From contig CAYRRM010000002.1 of assembly GCA_964426675.1 (NCBI GenBank), forward strand, positions 22,671 to 86,670: a stretch of 64,000 bases of DNA. The letters are read 5' to 3'. This stretch comes from an uncultured Lentisphaera sp. (GTDB lineage Bacteria; Verrucomicrobiota; Lentisphaeria; Victivallales; GWF2-50-93). Every line of letters starts with the position of its first letter. Positions within the stretch are counted from its first letter, which is position 1. The position numbers were made by a program, and so were the translations under genes. A model generated the notes under the pieces. It did not search any database. It saw nothing but the letters and a program-made list of their open reading frames with translations, and was not told the DNA's origin. Shown here in pieces: positions 18,273 to 29,753 of the stretch.

Positions 18273-19711
18273 TGAACATAGCGCTCGTATATCCTGATAT
18301 ATCAATAAGAGAACGATACGGCGCTGATATAGGGGAAATAGGAGGACGCCAGGCACCACTCGGCGTCCTTTATCTTTCTTCATTTTTGAAAAAAAAATCT
18401 CATAATGTAATTGTAATTGATGCTGCTGCAGAAAACCTCGATAACAATGAAATAATAAGAAGAATAATAAAACACGACGCAAAACTGGTTGGAATCTCTT
18501 CAACTTCTGTTGCTTTGCAAAATTCGAAGATACTGGCTAAGAATTTGAAGTCAGAGTTAAATGTGAGAACTGTTATAGGTGGACCGCATATCAGCTCAAA
18601 TCCCGATGATATCTCAAAACTTAATGAGTTTGATTTTGGAATAATTGGGGAAGGAGAGCTCTCTCTTGCAAATTTAGCAGAAAAGATACAAGAAAATTCG
18701 AACGATTTTTCAGAAGTTCCAAATCTTATATGGCGGCGTGGAGAAGAAGTTGTTCGAAATGAGAGAATTCAGTATATTGAGAATTTAGATATCCTGCCTT
18801 TTCCAGATCGAGATGCCCTCACTGATATAGAACTTTATCGTCCACCAATAGGCTGTTATTTGAGAGAACCTGTTGTGTCTATTATAACTTCAAGAGGTTG
18901 TCCATATCAATGTATATTTTGTGATAAGTCTGTATTTGGAAATAAAATAAGATTTTTTTCTTCTGAATATGTAATTTCAGAAATAGAAATGATAATAAGA
19001 AAGTACAAAGCGAGGGAACTTGCTTTTGTGGATGATACTTTTCCATGTAATAGAAAAAGATTCATAGAAATTCTTGAAAGTATTATCCGTAAGAACTTCA
19101 AAATCAGATGGTCGTGTATGTCAAATGCGAATGATCTTAATGAAGATATCATTATGTTAATGAAAAAAGCGGGATGCTGGCAAATTGCCATAGGTATAGA
19201 AAGTGGAGACGACGAAATCCTCAAAAAAATCAAAAAAAAGACCAATACTGAACAAATCAGAAGAATTGTAACATTTGCGCATAAATTAAATATCTTTGTA
19301 AAAGGATTCTTTATGATAGGACATCCAGGAGAAGACATGAAAAGTATTGAAAAGACAAAAAAATTTGCCCTTTCCATTCCATTAACCGATATAACATATA
19401 CAATTGCAACTCCAATAAAAGGCTCTGAATTCTATAATATGGCTATTTCAGGAAAATTTGGGTACTTTGAAAATGTTAAACCATCAGAACTAAATTACTG
19501 GAAACCAATATTCATACCAAAAAATCTAAATAAGGAAATATTATTAAAAAAACAAAAAGAATTTTTTAAAGATTTTTACTTAAGACCACAAATTTTATAC
19601 AGACAAATACTGAAAATAAGATCCATTAAAAATTTGATCAGGTTCATAAGAACTGCTATAAAAATTGTATTTATTGCTCTTCAACAAGGTAATTTTGAAA
19701 ATAACCAGTGA
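18272..19711 (+). CDS. B12-binding domain-containing radical SAM protein
   Basis: N-terminal B12-binding-like Rossmann segment, then SRGCPYQCIFCD (CxxxCxxC). The GTG start overlaps the upstream stop by 1 nt. Confidence 0.8.
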   Translation: MNIALVYPDISIRERYGADIGEIGGRQAPLGVLYLSSFLKKKSHNVIVIDAAAENLDNNEIIRRIIKHDAKLVGISSTSVALQNSKILAKNLKSELNVRTVIGGPHISSNPDDISKLNEFDFGIIGEGELSLANLAEKIQENSNDFSEVPNLIWRRGEEVVRNERIQYIENLDILPFPDRDALTDIELYRPPIGCYLREPVVSIITSRGCPYQCIFCDKSVFGNKIRFFSSEYVISEIEMIIRKYKARELAFVDDTFPCNRKRFIEILESIIRKNFKIRWSCMSNANDLNEDIIMLMKKAGCWQIAIGIESGDDEILKKIKKKTNTEQIRRIVTFAHKLNIFVKGFFMIGHPGEDMKSIEKTKKFALSIPLTDITYTIATPIKGSEFYNMAISGKFGYFENVKPSELNYWKPIFIPKNLNKEILLKKQKEFFKDFYLRPQILYRQILKIRSIKNLIRFIRTAIKIVFIALQQGNFENNQ

Positions 19712-21439
19712 TTACAAGAATTTTTCCCTCTCTGTTTTTAGAATATTTAAGATTTTTTCTGTAAGTCCTGTTATATCAAACATGTGCGACTCCTTATCTC
19801 CGCGCCGTTTAAACTCAACTTTATTTTCAGATATGGTTTTTGGGGAAATTACAATTCTAAAAGGAACTCCTATAAGATCTGCATCATTAAACATAAACCC
19901 GGCTTTTTCCCCACGATCATCATATAAAACATCTATTCCTGCAGAAAGTAAAGAATTATAAATTTCTTCTGCCTTTGAGCAAATATTATTTTGATTCAGA
20001 TTTAACACGCAAAGATGAACATCAAAAGGAGAAATACTTATAGGCCAAATGGGACCATACTGATCATAATTTTGCTCTATAACTGCTGCCATTGTTCTAC
20101 CTATTCCAATACCATAACACCCCATAATCATAGGATGTTTTTTCCCATTCGCATCAAGAAATTCACATTTCATAGAAGAAGAATATTTTGTCCCAAGCTT
20201 AAATATATTACCTATTTCTATTCCGCGCTTCATCAGGAGCGGCTGACCTGTTACTGGACATGGATCACCTTCTCTAACGCAAGCAATATCGGCTACGATA
20301 GCACCTTCAGGCATATCTCTATTAAAATTGAAGTTCTTTATGTGAAAATCAGGTTCATTAGCGCCAACAGTTAGATTTGATGATTCGGCAATTGAGCGAT
20401 CTACTATTATTTTTACTTTTTCAGGATTAAGATTCAGGGGAGATGCATAACCAGGCTCAGCTCCACAACTCCTTATTAAATCATCATTTGCAAATGAAAT
20501 ATCGTCTATCTGAAGAATCCTTCTGACCTTGCTTTCATTTACCTCAAAATCTCCCCTTATCATGGCAAATATAAGTTGATCTTCTTTGGTCTTGTAAAAA
20601 ACTGCTTTTCCTGTTTCCGATATATTCTGTCCTAAAAACTCTGCAACTTCTTCAATAGTTTTCTTTCCCGGTGTTGGAACTTTTTCAAGTGCCAAAGGAG
20701 GAGATTTTGAAAATTTCAATGCAGAATATGCAACTTCTTTATTGGCTTTATATGAACCATCTGGCGACATAAAAATAGTATCCTCTCCACAATCCGCTAC
20801 TGCCATAAATTCGTGTGAAATGTTTCCTCCCATCATTCCTGGATTTGACTCAATACATAAAAAATCTTTAAAGCCACAACGTCTAAAAATTTTTTCATAG
20901 GCATGCAAGGTCTGTGTATAAAATTCATCAAGGCATTCCTGGGTAGCGTGAAATGAATAAGCGTCTTTCATTTTAAATTCTCTTACTCTTATGAGTCCTG
21001 CACGAGGTCTGGCTTCATCTCTATACTTTGTTTGTATTTGATATAACATTATCGGCAATTGTTTATAACTATTTACTTCTGTTCTCGTAAGGTGCACTAC
21101 AGCTTCTTCATGAGTCATTGCCAATAGCATATCCTTTTTATTTCTGTCCTTGAATCTCAACAATTCTTCTCCGACACTGTGATACCTCCCAGATTCTTCC
21201 CATAGTTCGCTAGGAAGCACAACGGGCATTGTTACCTCTTGCCCGCCAATTTTATTCATTTCTTCTCTGATTATATTTTCAATCTTCGCACAAATTTTGT
21301 GCCCAAGCGGTAAAAGTGAATAAATTCCAGTAGAAACAGGTCTAATATACCCCCCCCTTATTAAGAATATATGACTTGGAGTTTTCGCATCTTTTGGAGC
21401 TTCTTTTATCCTTCTACCAACTAATTTTGACATTTTCAT
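19712..21439 (-). CDS. proS: proline--tRNA ligase
   Basis: MKMSKLVGRRIKEAPKDA..., class II motifs and the C-terminal anticodon-binding region. The track ORF extends to 21529, but the conserved N-terminus begins at the ATG at 21439 (or 21433). Confidence 0.9.
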   Translation of the reverse strand: MKMSKLVGRRIKEAPKDAKTPSHIFLIRGGYIRPVSTGIYSLLPLGHKICAKIENIIREEMNKIGGQEVTMPVVLPSELWEESGRYHSVGEELLRFKDRNKKDMLLAMTHEEAVVHLTRTEVNSYKQLPIMLYQIQTKYRDEARPRAGLIRVREFKMKDAYSFHATQECLDEFYTQTLHAYEKIFRRCGFKDFLCIESNPGMMGGNISHEFMAVADCGEDTIFMSPDGSYKANKEVAYSALKFSKSPPLALEKVPTPGKKTIEEVAEFLGQNISETGKAVFYKTKEDQLIFAMIRGDFEVNESKVRRILQIDDISFANDDLIRSCGAEPGYASPLNLNPEKVKIIVDRSIAESSNLTVGANEPDFHIKNFNFNRDMPEGAIVADIACVREGDPCPVTGQPLLMKRGIEIGNIFKLGTKYSSSMKCEFLDANGKKHPMIMGCYGIGIGRTMAAVIEQNYDQYGPIWPISISPFDVHLCVLNLNQNNICSKAEEIYNSLLSAGIDVLYDDRGEKAGFMFNDADLIGVPFRIVISPKTISENKVEFKRRGDKESHMFDITGLTEKILNILKTEREKFL

Positions 21440-21629
21440 AATTTTACCAACCTTTTTTTTGCGTAAATTAGAACAAAAAGTGAAAAGTTCCAACCAGAAG
21501 GAAGAAATATATTCAGGATTTTCCTGCATTTTCTAAGTTTATTTAAAAAAAAATTTGACTTAAATGTTTATAATTTTACATACTTTTGTATGATTTCTTA
21601 ATTATTATTCTGGAGGGTGATAAAAACAA

Positions 21630-23807
21630 TCATACTATCGTTAGTAGTTTTGCAGAATTTGGAGCAATATCTACTACCCCAATTTCTGACTGCATTGTGG
21701 CAAATGTATCACTGAAATTCGCAAGAAAAATATATTTCTTTTGATCAAAGCCTCGAACCCAAACAGCTTTTACTCTATTATTAGAATGAATCTGACCACA
21801 TTGAATCTTTTTTGTCTCTTCAGGCGAAGCATTAGAAAAAACAAGAAATCCAATATCTACCAAAATCTCATCTGAAACACATCGTTTCAAATTAGAATTG
21901 GCATTCGTACAAATTTCGTCTATAAAGAGAGTTTTATAACGACCACCGCGTCGGTTTTTAGAACGACTAATCTGCAAACAATCAGCTCCATAAATAAGTG
22001 ATATGCCAAGAATTTCATCTATATTTAGCCACTTGCTATTAATTTGCATCAAATAGTCGTTTGAAGGTGGAGATGACAATTCATAACTACCTTCAGCGGA
22101 AATAGTAACCCTTTTATAATTATTAAAGAGATCATTAGGAATATTAAGATGCAAAGCTTTTAATTCAATAATATATCCCACACGATTTGGAGATGCTATG
22201 ACATACTGAAGACAAATGCATGTTTTATTATCAGGCAATGCTGAAAAGGCTATATATGAAATTGCCTGATCCGTACAATAACCGCCTTCATCCACTACAA
22301 CGTCTACTCCTTCCATTATAGAACCATATGCAATAAAACCTCCATCAATGGCTTCTACCTTTCCTGTTAATAATCGACGATGCCTTGAAGGGAATAAACC
22401 ATCATCCCCAATAAATCGAACAACAGGACACATATTTAAAGACCATTCAGCAAGGTCTCCTTTTTGTGGCGGAAGGCATAACGCCTGGGCCAAACCATCG
22501 GCCCTCCACGAAAAAGAGCTAAAACGCGTAGGTGAACGATGCAGAACTGCTCCGTGTTCCTCCTCAATCCAGAGTACAGAACTCGATTCATTTAAATCTT
22601 TTTTTGGAATGGAACTATTTGCTTTTATCAAAGGTAAATAATTCAAAAGCATTGAGAGAACACATGCGCGGTCTGACTCAATTCTTGTATAATAATGAGG
22701 ATTTGTAAGGCGTAAATTCTCCAACCTTTTGCTATAAAAAGACCCATCCTCGTTTTCTACAGCTTCTCTTTCCATCAAGTCAAGCTGGGATTCCACAAGT
22801 TGAAATGCGTTAGAATCATTAAAAAAATCCATAGCAAAAAGTAATGATGGAAGAAGATATTCCTGACAATACGCATAACGCACCCGTGTATCTCCACCAA
22901 TTCGTGCCAATCTCCCATCTTCAAATATCATTCTGGAAAGCACATTCCAAAGATCAAGCTGATGATGATACAAACTTTCAGGAGGTCTTATTCCCAAACT
23001 TTTAAAATCAAAATGGAGTATGGCAGCATTACTTATACATATTACCATATATCCTACGTTTAAATATCCATGATGGTCCAACGCATATGAGGGGAAAAAA
23101 TTTGCCCCAACATGCCAATCTTTAACTGGAATACCAGAAATGATAGTTTGATCATCAGCATCTGCTTCAACTGAAATACCATTAACAAGATACTTATCAG
23201 CAAGTTTTAACCAGGCATTTCTATTTTTTTCATGAGGGTATAAATGGGCGATTCTATGTAAAAAGCAACCATTCCATATATTTGACTCTGGATTATTACA
23301 GCCACTACTATTCCATTTAGCAGCACATACTCCTTTATGATTGGCTCGCCTTCCATGATATAAAATCCAATCAGCTTCATTTATTAATAAACAGTGTAAT
23401 GAGGAAAGCTCGTCATTAGATAACAATGATTTTATATACTTTAATCCATGAAATGCACGTTCTATTCCGAGTATACTAATCCAACTATTGCCCCATTTTT
23501 TTCCATCATTTCCTACTTCTCTTCCAGTTATATGAGTATTTAGCGCAAAGCGAAGAGAAGCTATTGCACGTTTTTCTAGTGCAGACTTTTTATTCGGATC
23601 TAGAGTAAGAGAAGATAAAGTTGAAACTGCAGCAAGATAATTCCAATTAGACTGGACTCCCCAATGCAGATATCCTGGCCCAAAACATCCAGATGGTGCA
23701 TTATGATTAGCCTCATACCAGTAACAGTTCATCGCACTAATCCAATTCTCAAGTAGATTTTTAGCCCTATTAAGTATTTTATTTTTTCTGTTTAAATATG
23801 AGTCCAT
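21630..23807 (-). CDS. large hypothetical protein, possibly a polysaccharide-degrading enzyme
   Basis: 725-aa uninterrupted ORF. I recognise no confident family. Confidence 0.55.
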   Translation of the reverse strand: MDSYLNRKNKILNRAKNLLENWISAMNCYWYEANHNAPSGCFGPGYLHWGVQSNWNYLAAVSTLSSLTLDPNKKSALEKRAIASLRFALNTHITGREVGNDGKKWGNSWISILGIERAFHGLKYIKSLLSNDELSSLHCLLINEADWILYHGRRANHKGVCAAKWNSSGCNNPESNIWNGCFLHRIAHLYPHEKNRNAWLKLADKYLVNGISVEADADDQTIISGIPVKDWHVGANFFPSYALDHHGYLNVGYMVICISNAAILHFDFKSLGIRPPESLYHHQLDLWNVLSRMIFEDGRLARIGGDTRVRYAYCQEYLLPSLLFAMDFFNDSNAFQLVESQLDLMEREAVENEDGSFYSKRLENLRLTNPHYYTRIESDRACVLSMLLNYLPLIKANSSIPKKDLNESSSVLWIEEEHGAVLHRSPTRFSSFSWRADGLAQALCLPPQKGDLAEWSLNMCPVVRFIGDDGLFPSRHRRLLTGKVEAIDGGFIAYGSIMEGVDVVVDEGGYCTDQAISYIAFSALPDNKTCICLQYVIASPNRVGYIIELKALHLNIPNDLFNNYKRVTISAEGSYELSSPPSNDYLMQINSKWLNIDEILGISLIYGADCLQISRSKNRRGGRYKTLFIDEICTNANSNLKRCVSDEILVDIGFLVFSNASPEETKKIQCGQIHSNNRVKAVWVRGFDQKKYIFLANFSDTFATMQSEIGVVDIAPNSAKLLTIV

Positions 23808-24707
23808 AAACTTATATCCTCATTTTTTTACTTCTTACATCAATACAAAATTACCGAGCACTTCACCTAAATTTTCAAATTCTATTATCTAATAGATTAT
23901 AAATACCTAAATATAAAGATATTATAGATATCCAATGGTTTATTTTTTCTTCAAATTTTTGGCTAAATTCCCACAAGGTTCCAGCCAGGCCATTGTGTGA
24001 AGCACTGATTACGGAGAAAGATCTTCTATACCAGCGTCCTTTCTCCATTCTCATACTGACTAAAAGCAAAATATAGGTTAAAAAAAATTAAACACAAGAA
24101 CAAATGCATTTAAGGAAAAATAAATCATATGTTTGAATTTTCTACTTCTGAAAAAAAACTTTATTAAAACCTTTGTCTGTTTACCCAAATTTTGCACCTC
24201 AATCAGCCAGCAAGAGTTTTTCCTAAATTAAGCAGTTGGACGCATTTGCCGTAGATACCAGGTAGCGAGACAACGCTGTAGTAACTAAAATCGAAATTAA
24301 AGAAGTAGATACGATAAATGCGGACAAGCCCGCGCGAGTTAAAAAATTGTAAAAAAATCGTCAACCTAAAAGTTTGATGGAGCATAATCTATAAAAACCC
24401 TATTTTCATATACATAAAAATAAAAACAATTTTCAATTGCTTTTTTAGGATAATAAATGTGGTGTGAACTGCATTGCTGTTCACGAAATTATCCTTTTGT
24501 GCTATGCTGATAGAACTTGCAAGGAATCGCCTTGATTCCTCGCAACTATGCCATACTGGCAAAACGCAAGATATAGGCTAATTTCATAAATTTTTTGAAT
24601 TTAAGAATAAGTTTTTATTGAGAGTAAGGTACATTTTTTAATATTGATTAATCGCGTTTACGAGAGGATAGAAATGCCATCAAATATGACCACGTGAAAA
24701 CGGTAAA

Positions 24708-26534
24708 TTAAGGAAAGATCATAGCCTCTGAAAAAATCATCTGAAATTCTGGGTCCAGAGATATCTCAATATAATTAGTTTTTTCTGCAAGCTCCTCAGC
24801 TTTTCTTCTTCTTTCTCCAGAAAGCAGAGCTTCTTTTGCTCCTTCTGAAGAAGTATTGCCAACATATCTTATTTTATAATCTGGAATATTTGGAAGTAAA
24901 CCAATACGCACAGCATTATTTCTACGAATGAAATTTCCAAAACCACCTGCTACTAATACTGTATCAAGCTCTTCTGGAGTTATTCCAATTTTTTGTAACA
25001 AGATATTTATAGTTGCCCTTATAGCTCCTGTAGCAAGTTGAATTTCCCTGATATCTCTTTGAGAGATAAAAATCTTTTTTTTGTTATCTGCCTGGAGAAG
25101 AAAATCCCATGTCTGGCCATCATCTCGAGATATGAGCCTATCTTTTAAAATTTTTGGTAGAGATGATAATTCATCAGGTGATAAAATTCTACCTGAAGAC
25201 TCAAGAATGCCAATTTTCAGTAACTCTGCAGTTGAATCTATAACAGCACTTCCGCAAATTCCTAAAGGCGCTGTATTGCCTATGACATTTAAATGAACTC
25301 CTTCTCTGTTAATAATAACTTTTTCTATTGCTCCTTTTGAAGCTCTCATTCCGTATTCAATCCTTGCTCCTTCAAATGCTGGGCCTGCTGCAGCAGAAGC
25401 AGCAAATAAATTCCCTCCATTAGCTAAGACAATTTCTCCATTTGTTCCTATATCAATGAAAAGTGTGGGTTTTTCCCTTTCATCAAGTCTGCAAGCACTT
25501 ATTCCTGCGGTTATATCCCCACCAACAAATCCCCCTATCAGGGGGAATATATATACTGGTGCTTCTGGATTTATATCAATACCCAAATCATTGGCTTCGA
25601 ATAAAAGAGGTTTTTTAAATGGTGGGACAAATGGAATCTCTCCTAAGTTTTTCGCTGTTATACCGCAAAAGAAACATTCCATTACTGTGTTTCCTGCTAC
25701 CGCTGCAGAGTAGATATTTTTTTGTTTAATACCATTATCCTGACAAAGTTGTCGAATCAAATTATTAACAGCCTGAATAACAAGACTCTGAAGCTGTTCA
25801 AGATTTTCAGCAGACTTTTTTTCTGCCATTATTCTTGAAATAAGATCATCTCCAAATTTTGTTTGTGGGTTTAATGATCCTTTACTATCAATAGTTTTTC
25901 CTTTTACAATATCTATCAAGGAAACAACTATCGTTGTTGTCCCAATATCAACAGCAACTGCAAAATTAATGGATTCTGTATTTCCCTTATCCAGACAAAT
26001 AATTTTATTATCACTTAGTACCGCTGTCCCTTTGAAGGAATTTTCTCTTAAAAACATCGGAATAGTTCTTAGCGTCTCTAAAGATATATCCTGAACAGAA
26101 AGATCCTCACGAAGTGCCTCAAAATCTGCTTTTTGATTTTCGAGAGAAGGTGGAATAAGAGAAAAAAATTTCTTTCGCACAAGTGGGGAATTTTCTAATA
26201 AAAATGGCTTATCGTCCTGGGTTAAAATAAGCAATTCATTTTCAAAAATAGTTTCAGACGGTACATCAATTTCGAGATTATCTTTTATTTTTAGTCTGCA
26301 CGCAAGTCTCCAACCATTTTCAAGTTCTTCTTGAGAAAAAAACTTTTTGCACTGTTCATCTGGAGTAGATTCACCAGATATTACTCTTATTTTGCATTTT
26401 CCACATATACCCTGTCCTGCGCAAGGATTTTTTATCAAAATGCCAGCTCTCATTATACATTCGAGCAAAGAGGAGTCCTCCAAAGCATAAATTTCCTTTT
26501 TATAGTGGGGAAAATAAATCCTATAGTTCTTCAT
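24708..26534 (-). CDS. ASKHA-domain protein with an N-terminal 2Fe-2S ferredoxin domain (DUF4445 / corrinoid reductive-activase-like)
   Basis: CAGQGICGKCKIRV ferredoxin motif, then DIGTTTIV and DIGTNGEIV ASKHA phosphate motifs. Confidence 0.8.
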   Translation of the reverse strand: MKNYRIYFPHYKKEIYALEDSSLLECIMRAGILIKNPCAGQGICGKCKIRVISGESTPDEQCKKFFSQEELENGWRLACRLKIKDNLEIDVPSETIFENELLILTQDDKPFLLENSPLVRKKFFSLIPPSLENQKADFEALREDLSVQDISLETLRTIPMFLRENSFKGTAVLSDNKIICLDKGNTESINFAVAVDIGTTTIVVSLIDIVKGKTIDSKGSLNPQTKFGDDLISRIMAEKKSAENLEQLQSLVIQAVNNLIRQLCQDNGIKQKNIYSAAVAGNTVMECFFCGITAKNLGEIPFVPPFKKPLLFEANDLGIDINPEAPVYIFPLIGGFVGGDITAGISACRLDEREKPTLFIDIGTNGEIVLANGGNLFAASAAAGPAFEGARIEYGMRASKGAIEKVIINREGVHLNVIGNTAPLGICGSAVIDSTAELLKIGILESSGRILSPDELSSLPKILKDRLISRDDGQTWDFLLQADNKKKIFISQRDIREIQLATGAIRATINILLQKIGITPEELDTVLVAGGFGNFIRRNNAVRIGLLPNIPDYKIRYVGNTSSEGAKEALLSGERRRKAEELAEKTNYIEISLDPEFQMIFSEAMIFP

Positions 26535-26602
26535 TTTTTATTTTATATTTTACTAAATGGATTAATGTATATTCAAAAACTATAATCTCAAAAAAACAAA
26601 TT

Positions 26603-27274
26603 ATGAAGTTTTTGGATTTTCACAGCCATTTCAGGAATTTTTCTGCAAAAGAGACTGCAATTGTATCAATTTTTCCAAATGAATGCTCATGGGAAAATCG
26701 TAATGATGTCTACTTTTCCTGCGGAATACATCCTAATTTCATACCAGAAGATTGCAATGTTTTAAGTCAATACATTCATATTTTAAAAAAACGAATGGAG
26801 ACAAAAAAATTTTTAGCCATAGGGGAATGTGGACTGGATAGAACTTCTAAGTCCTCTATTGAAAGACAGATAAAGATATTAAATTTGCAGATAGAAATAG
26901 CTTGCGAATTTCGCAAACCAATAATTATACATTGTGTAAGAGCTTACGGCGAGATGTTGTCATTAAAAAAACAGTATAATAAATTAAGACTTCCCTTTGT
27001 AATTCATGGTTTCAGAGGATCAATAAAACTCGCAGAACAATTAACTGAAGCTGGTTTTATATTATCTTTTGGATATAAAATTTTAAAAGATCAAAATAAA
27101 ATGAATGTTATTTCTGAATTAAAGGATAAAATTTTTTTTCTTGAAAGTGATGAAGAAAAATATGGAGTAATCCCACTGTACCACGAAATAGCTAGATATT
27201 TAAAATGGGACGTAGAGGAACTAAAAGAAAAAATTAATATTTGGGCAAAAAGCTTATTCAATATCGATTTTTAG
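26603..27274 (+). CDS. TatD family hydrolase
   Basis: FLDFHSHF metal motif and GECGLD. 223 aa. Confidence 0.75.
   Translation: MKFLDFHSHFRNFSAKETAIVSIFPNECSWENRNDVYFSCGIHPNFIPEDCNVLSQYIHILKKRMETKKFLAIGECGLDRTSKSSIERQIKILNLQIEIACEFRKPIIIHCVRAYGEMLSLKKQYNKLRLPFVIHGFRGSIKLAEQLTEAGFILSFGYKILKDQNKMNVISELKDKIFFLESDEEKYGVIPLYHEIARYLKWDVEELKEKINIWAKSLFNIDF
26903..26915. repeat. iterated palindrome copy TGCGAATTTCGCA
   Basis: Inside tatD, encoding C-E-F-R-K. Confidence 0.9.
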
Positions 27275-27327
27275 ATTGCTTTTCAAAAATTATATTGTAT
27301 ATTTTGGAAATTCTTTACTTCATAAAT

Positions 27328-27404
<77 letters not shown>

Positions 27405-27544
27405 TTTTTTAATTCTTTCTAAGTAAAACTAAAACTGCAAAGAAATTCTCAAAAAAATTATTCTTTGATTTCTCTTTGATTCCGAAATTTGATGTATGTG
27501 TCCTTAATATCTACATTAAAAAAATCACATTTTTCGATATTTTA

Positions 27545-27611
27545 TTTTTTCGCATTTAAACTCGAAGGTAAAAACATTGTGTCCCACCTTTATATGCAAC
27601 TTGCAGTAGTT
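27545..27611 (+). other. conserved non-coding element, copy B (partner at 7814-7878)
   Basis: ttttttcgcattt...attgtgtcccacctttatatgcaacttgcagtagtt. Lies between tRNA-Val and the groEL terminator. Confidence 0.6.
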
Positions 27612-27701
27612 TTTAAACAATGTCGTTTTAACGCTTAATATATCTACGACTGTTTTTTGTAAAATGGCAGTGTGAGTGAAATTCAGCTTCTGGCAAGGTA
27701 T

Positions 27702-27730
27702 AAAAAAAAAAGGCGCGCAAGGCGCGCCTT
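27702..27730 (-). terminator. rho-independent terminator of groEL (hairpin is symmetric and could act bidirectionally)
   Basis: GGCGCGC-AAG-GCGCGCC stem-loop. On the minus strand it is followed by a run of 10 T. On the plus strand it is followed by TTTTCT. Confidence 0.8.
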
Positions 27731-27745
27731 TTCTGAGGAATTTAA

Positions 27746-29389
<1,644 letters not shown>

Positions 29390-29411
29390 TTATTTTATCT
29401 TTTACTTAAAT

Positions 29412-29708
29412 TTATTCAACTATTGCAAGAATATCGCTTTGACTAAGGATTTTATACTCTTTATCATTGTATTTTACTTCGGTTCCACCATATTTACTCA
29501 TCAGTATGGTGTCACCTACTTTTACATCGAATGGGATTTTATTTCCTTTTTCATCAAGTTTGCCAGTTCCCAATGCTATTACTTTTCCTTCCATAGGTTT
29601 TTCTTTTGCGGAATCAGGAATTACAATTCCGCCTTTAACTTGTTCTTTCTCTTCAACCGGTTCAACAAGGATACGGTCTCCGAGTGGTTTGATGTTGACT
29701 TTGCTCAT
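29412..29708 (-). CDS. groES: co-chaperonin GroES
   Basis: [17 protein letters not shown]...[13 protein letters not shown]. 98 aa. Confidence 0.97.
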   Translation of the reverse strand: MSKVNIKPLGDRILVEPVEEKEQVKGGIVIPDSAKEKPMEGKVIALGTGKLDEKGNKIPFDVKVGDTILMSKYGGTEVKYNDKEYKILSQSDILAIVE

Positions 29709-29753
29709 TTTTTTCTCCTTTTTTTTTGTTTTTTTGGTTGAGTGTTTTATTTG

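Noticed and set aside
23808-24707. Tested the long non-coding region for tmRNA, RNase P RNA and SRP RNA
   Set aside because: None of the hallmarks I can check by eye are present: no tRNA-like ...TCCACCA 3' end, no tag ORF ending in a hydrophobic A-A stop, no GAGGAAAGTCC P4 string, and no SRP domain IV GGAA/AGCA loops. It is kept only as an unexplained gap.
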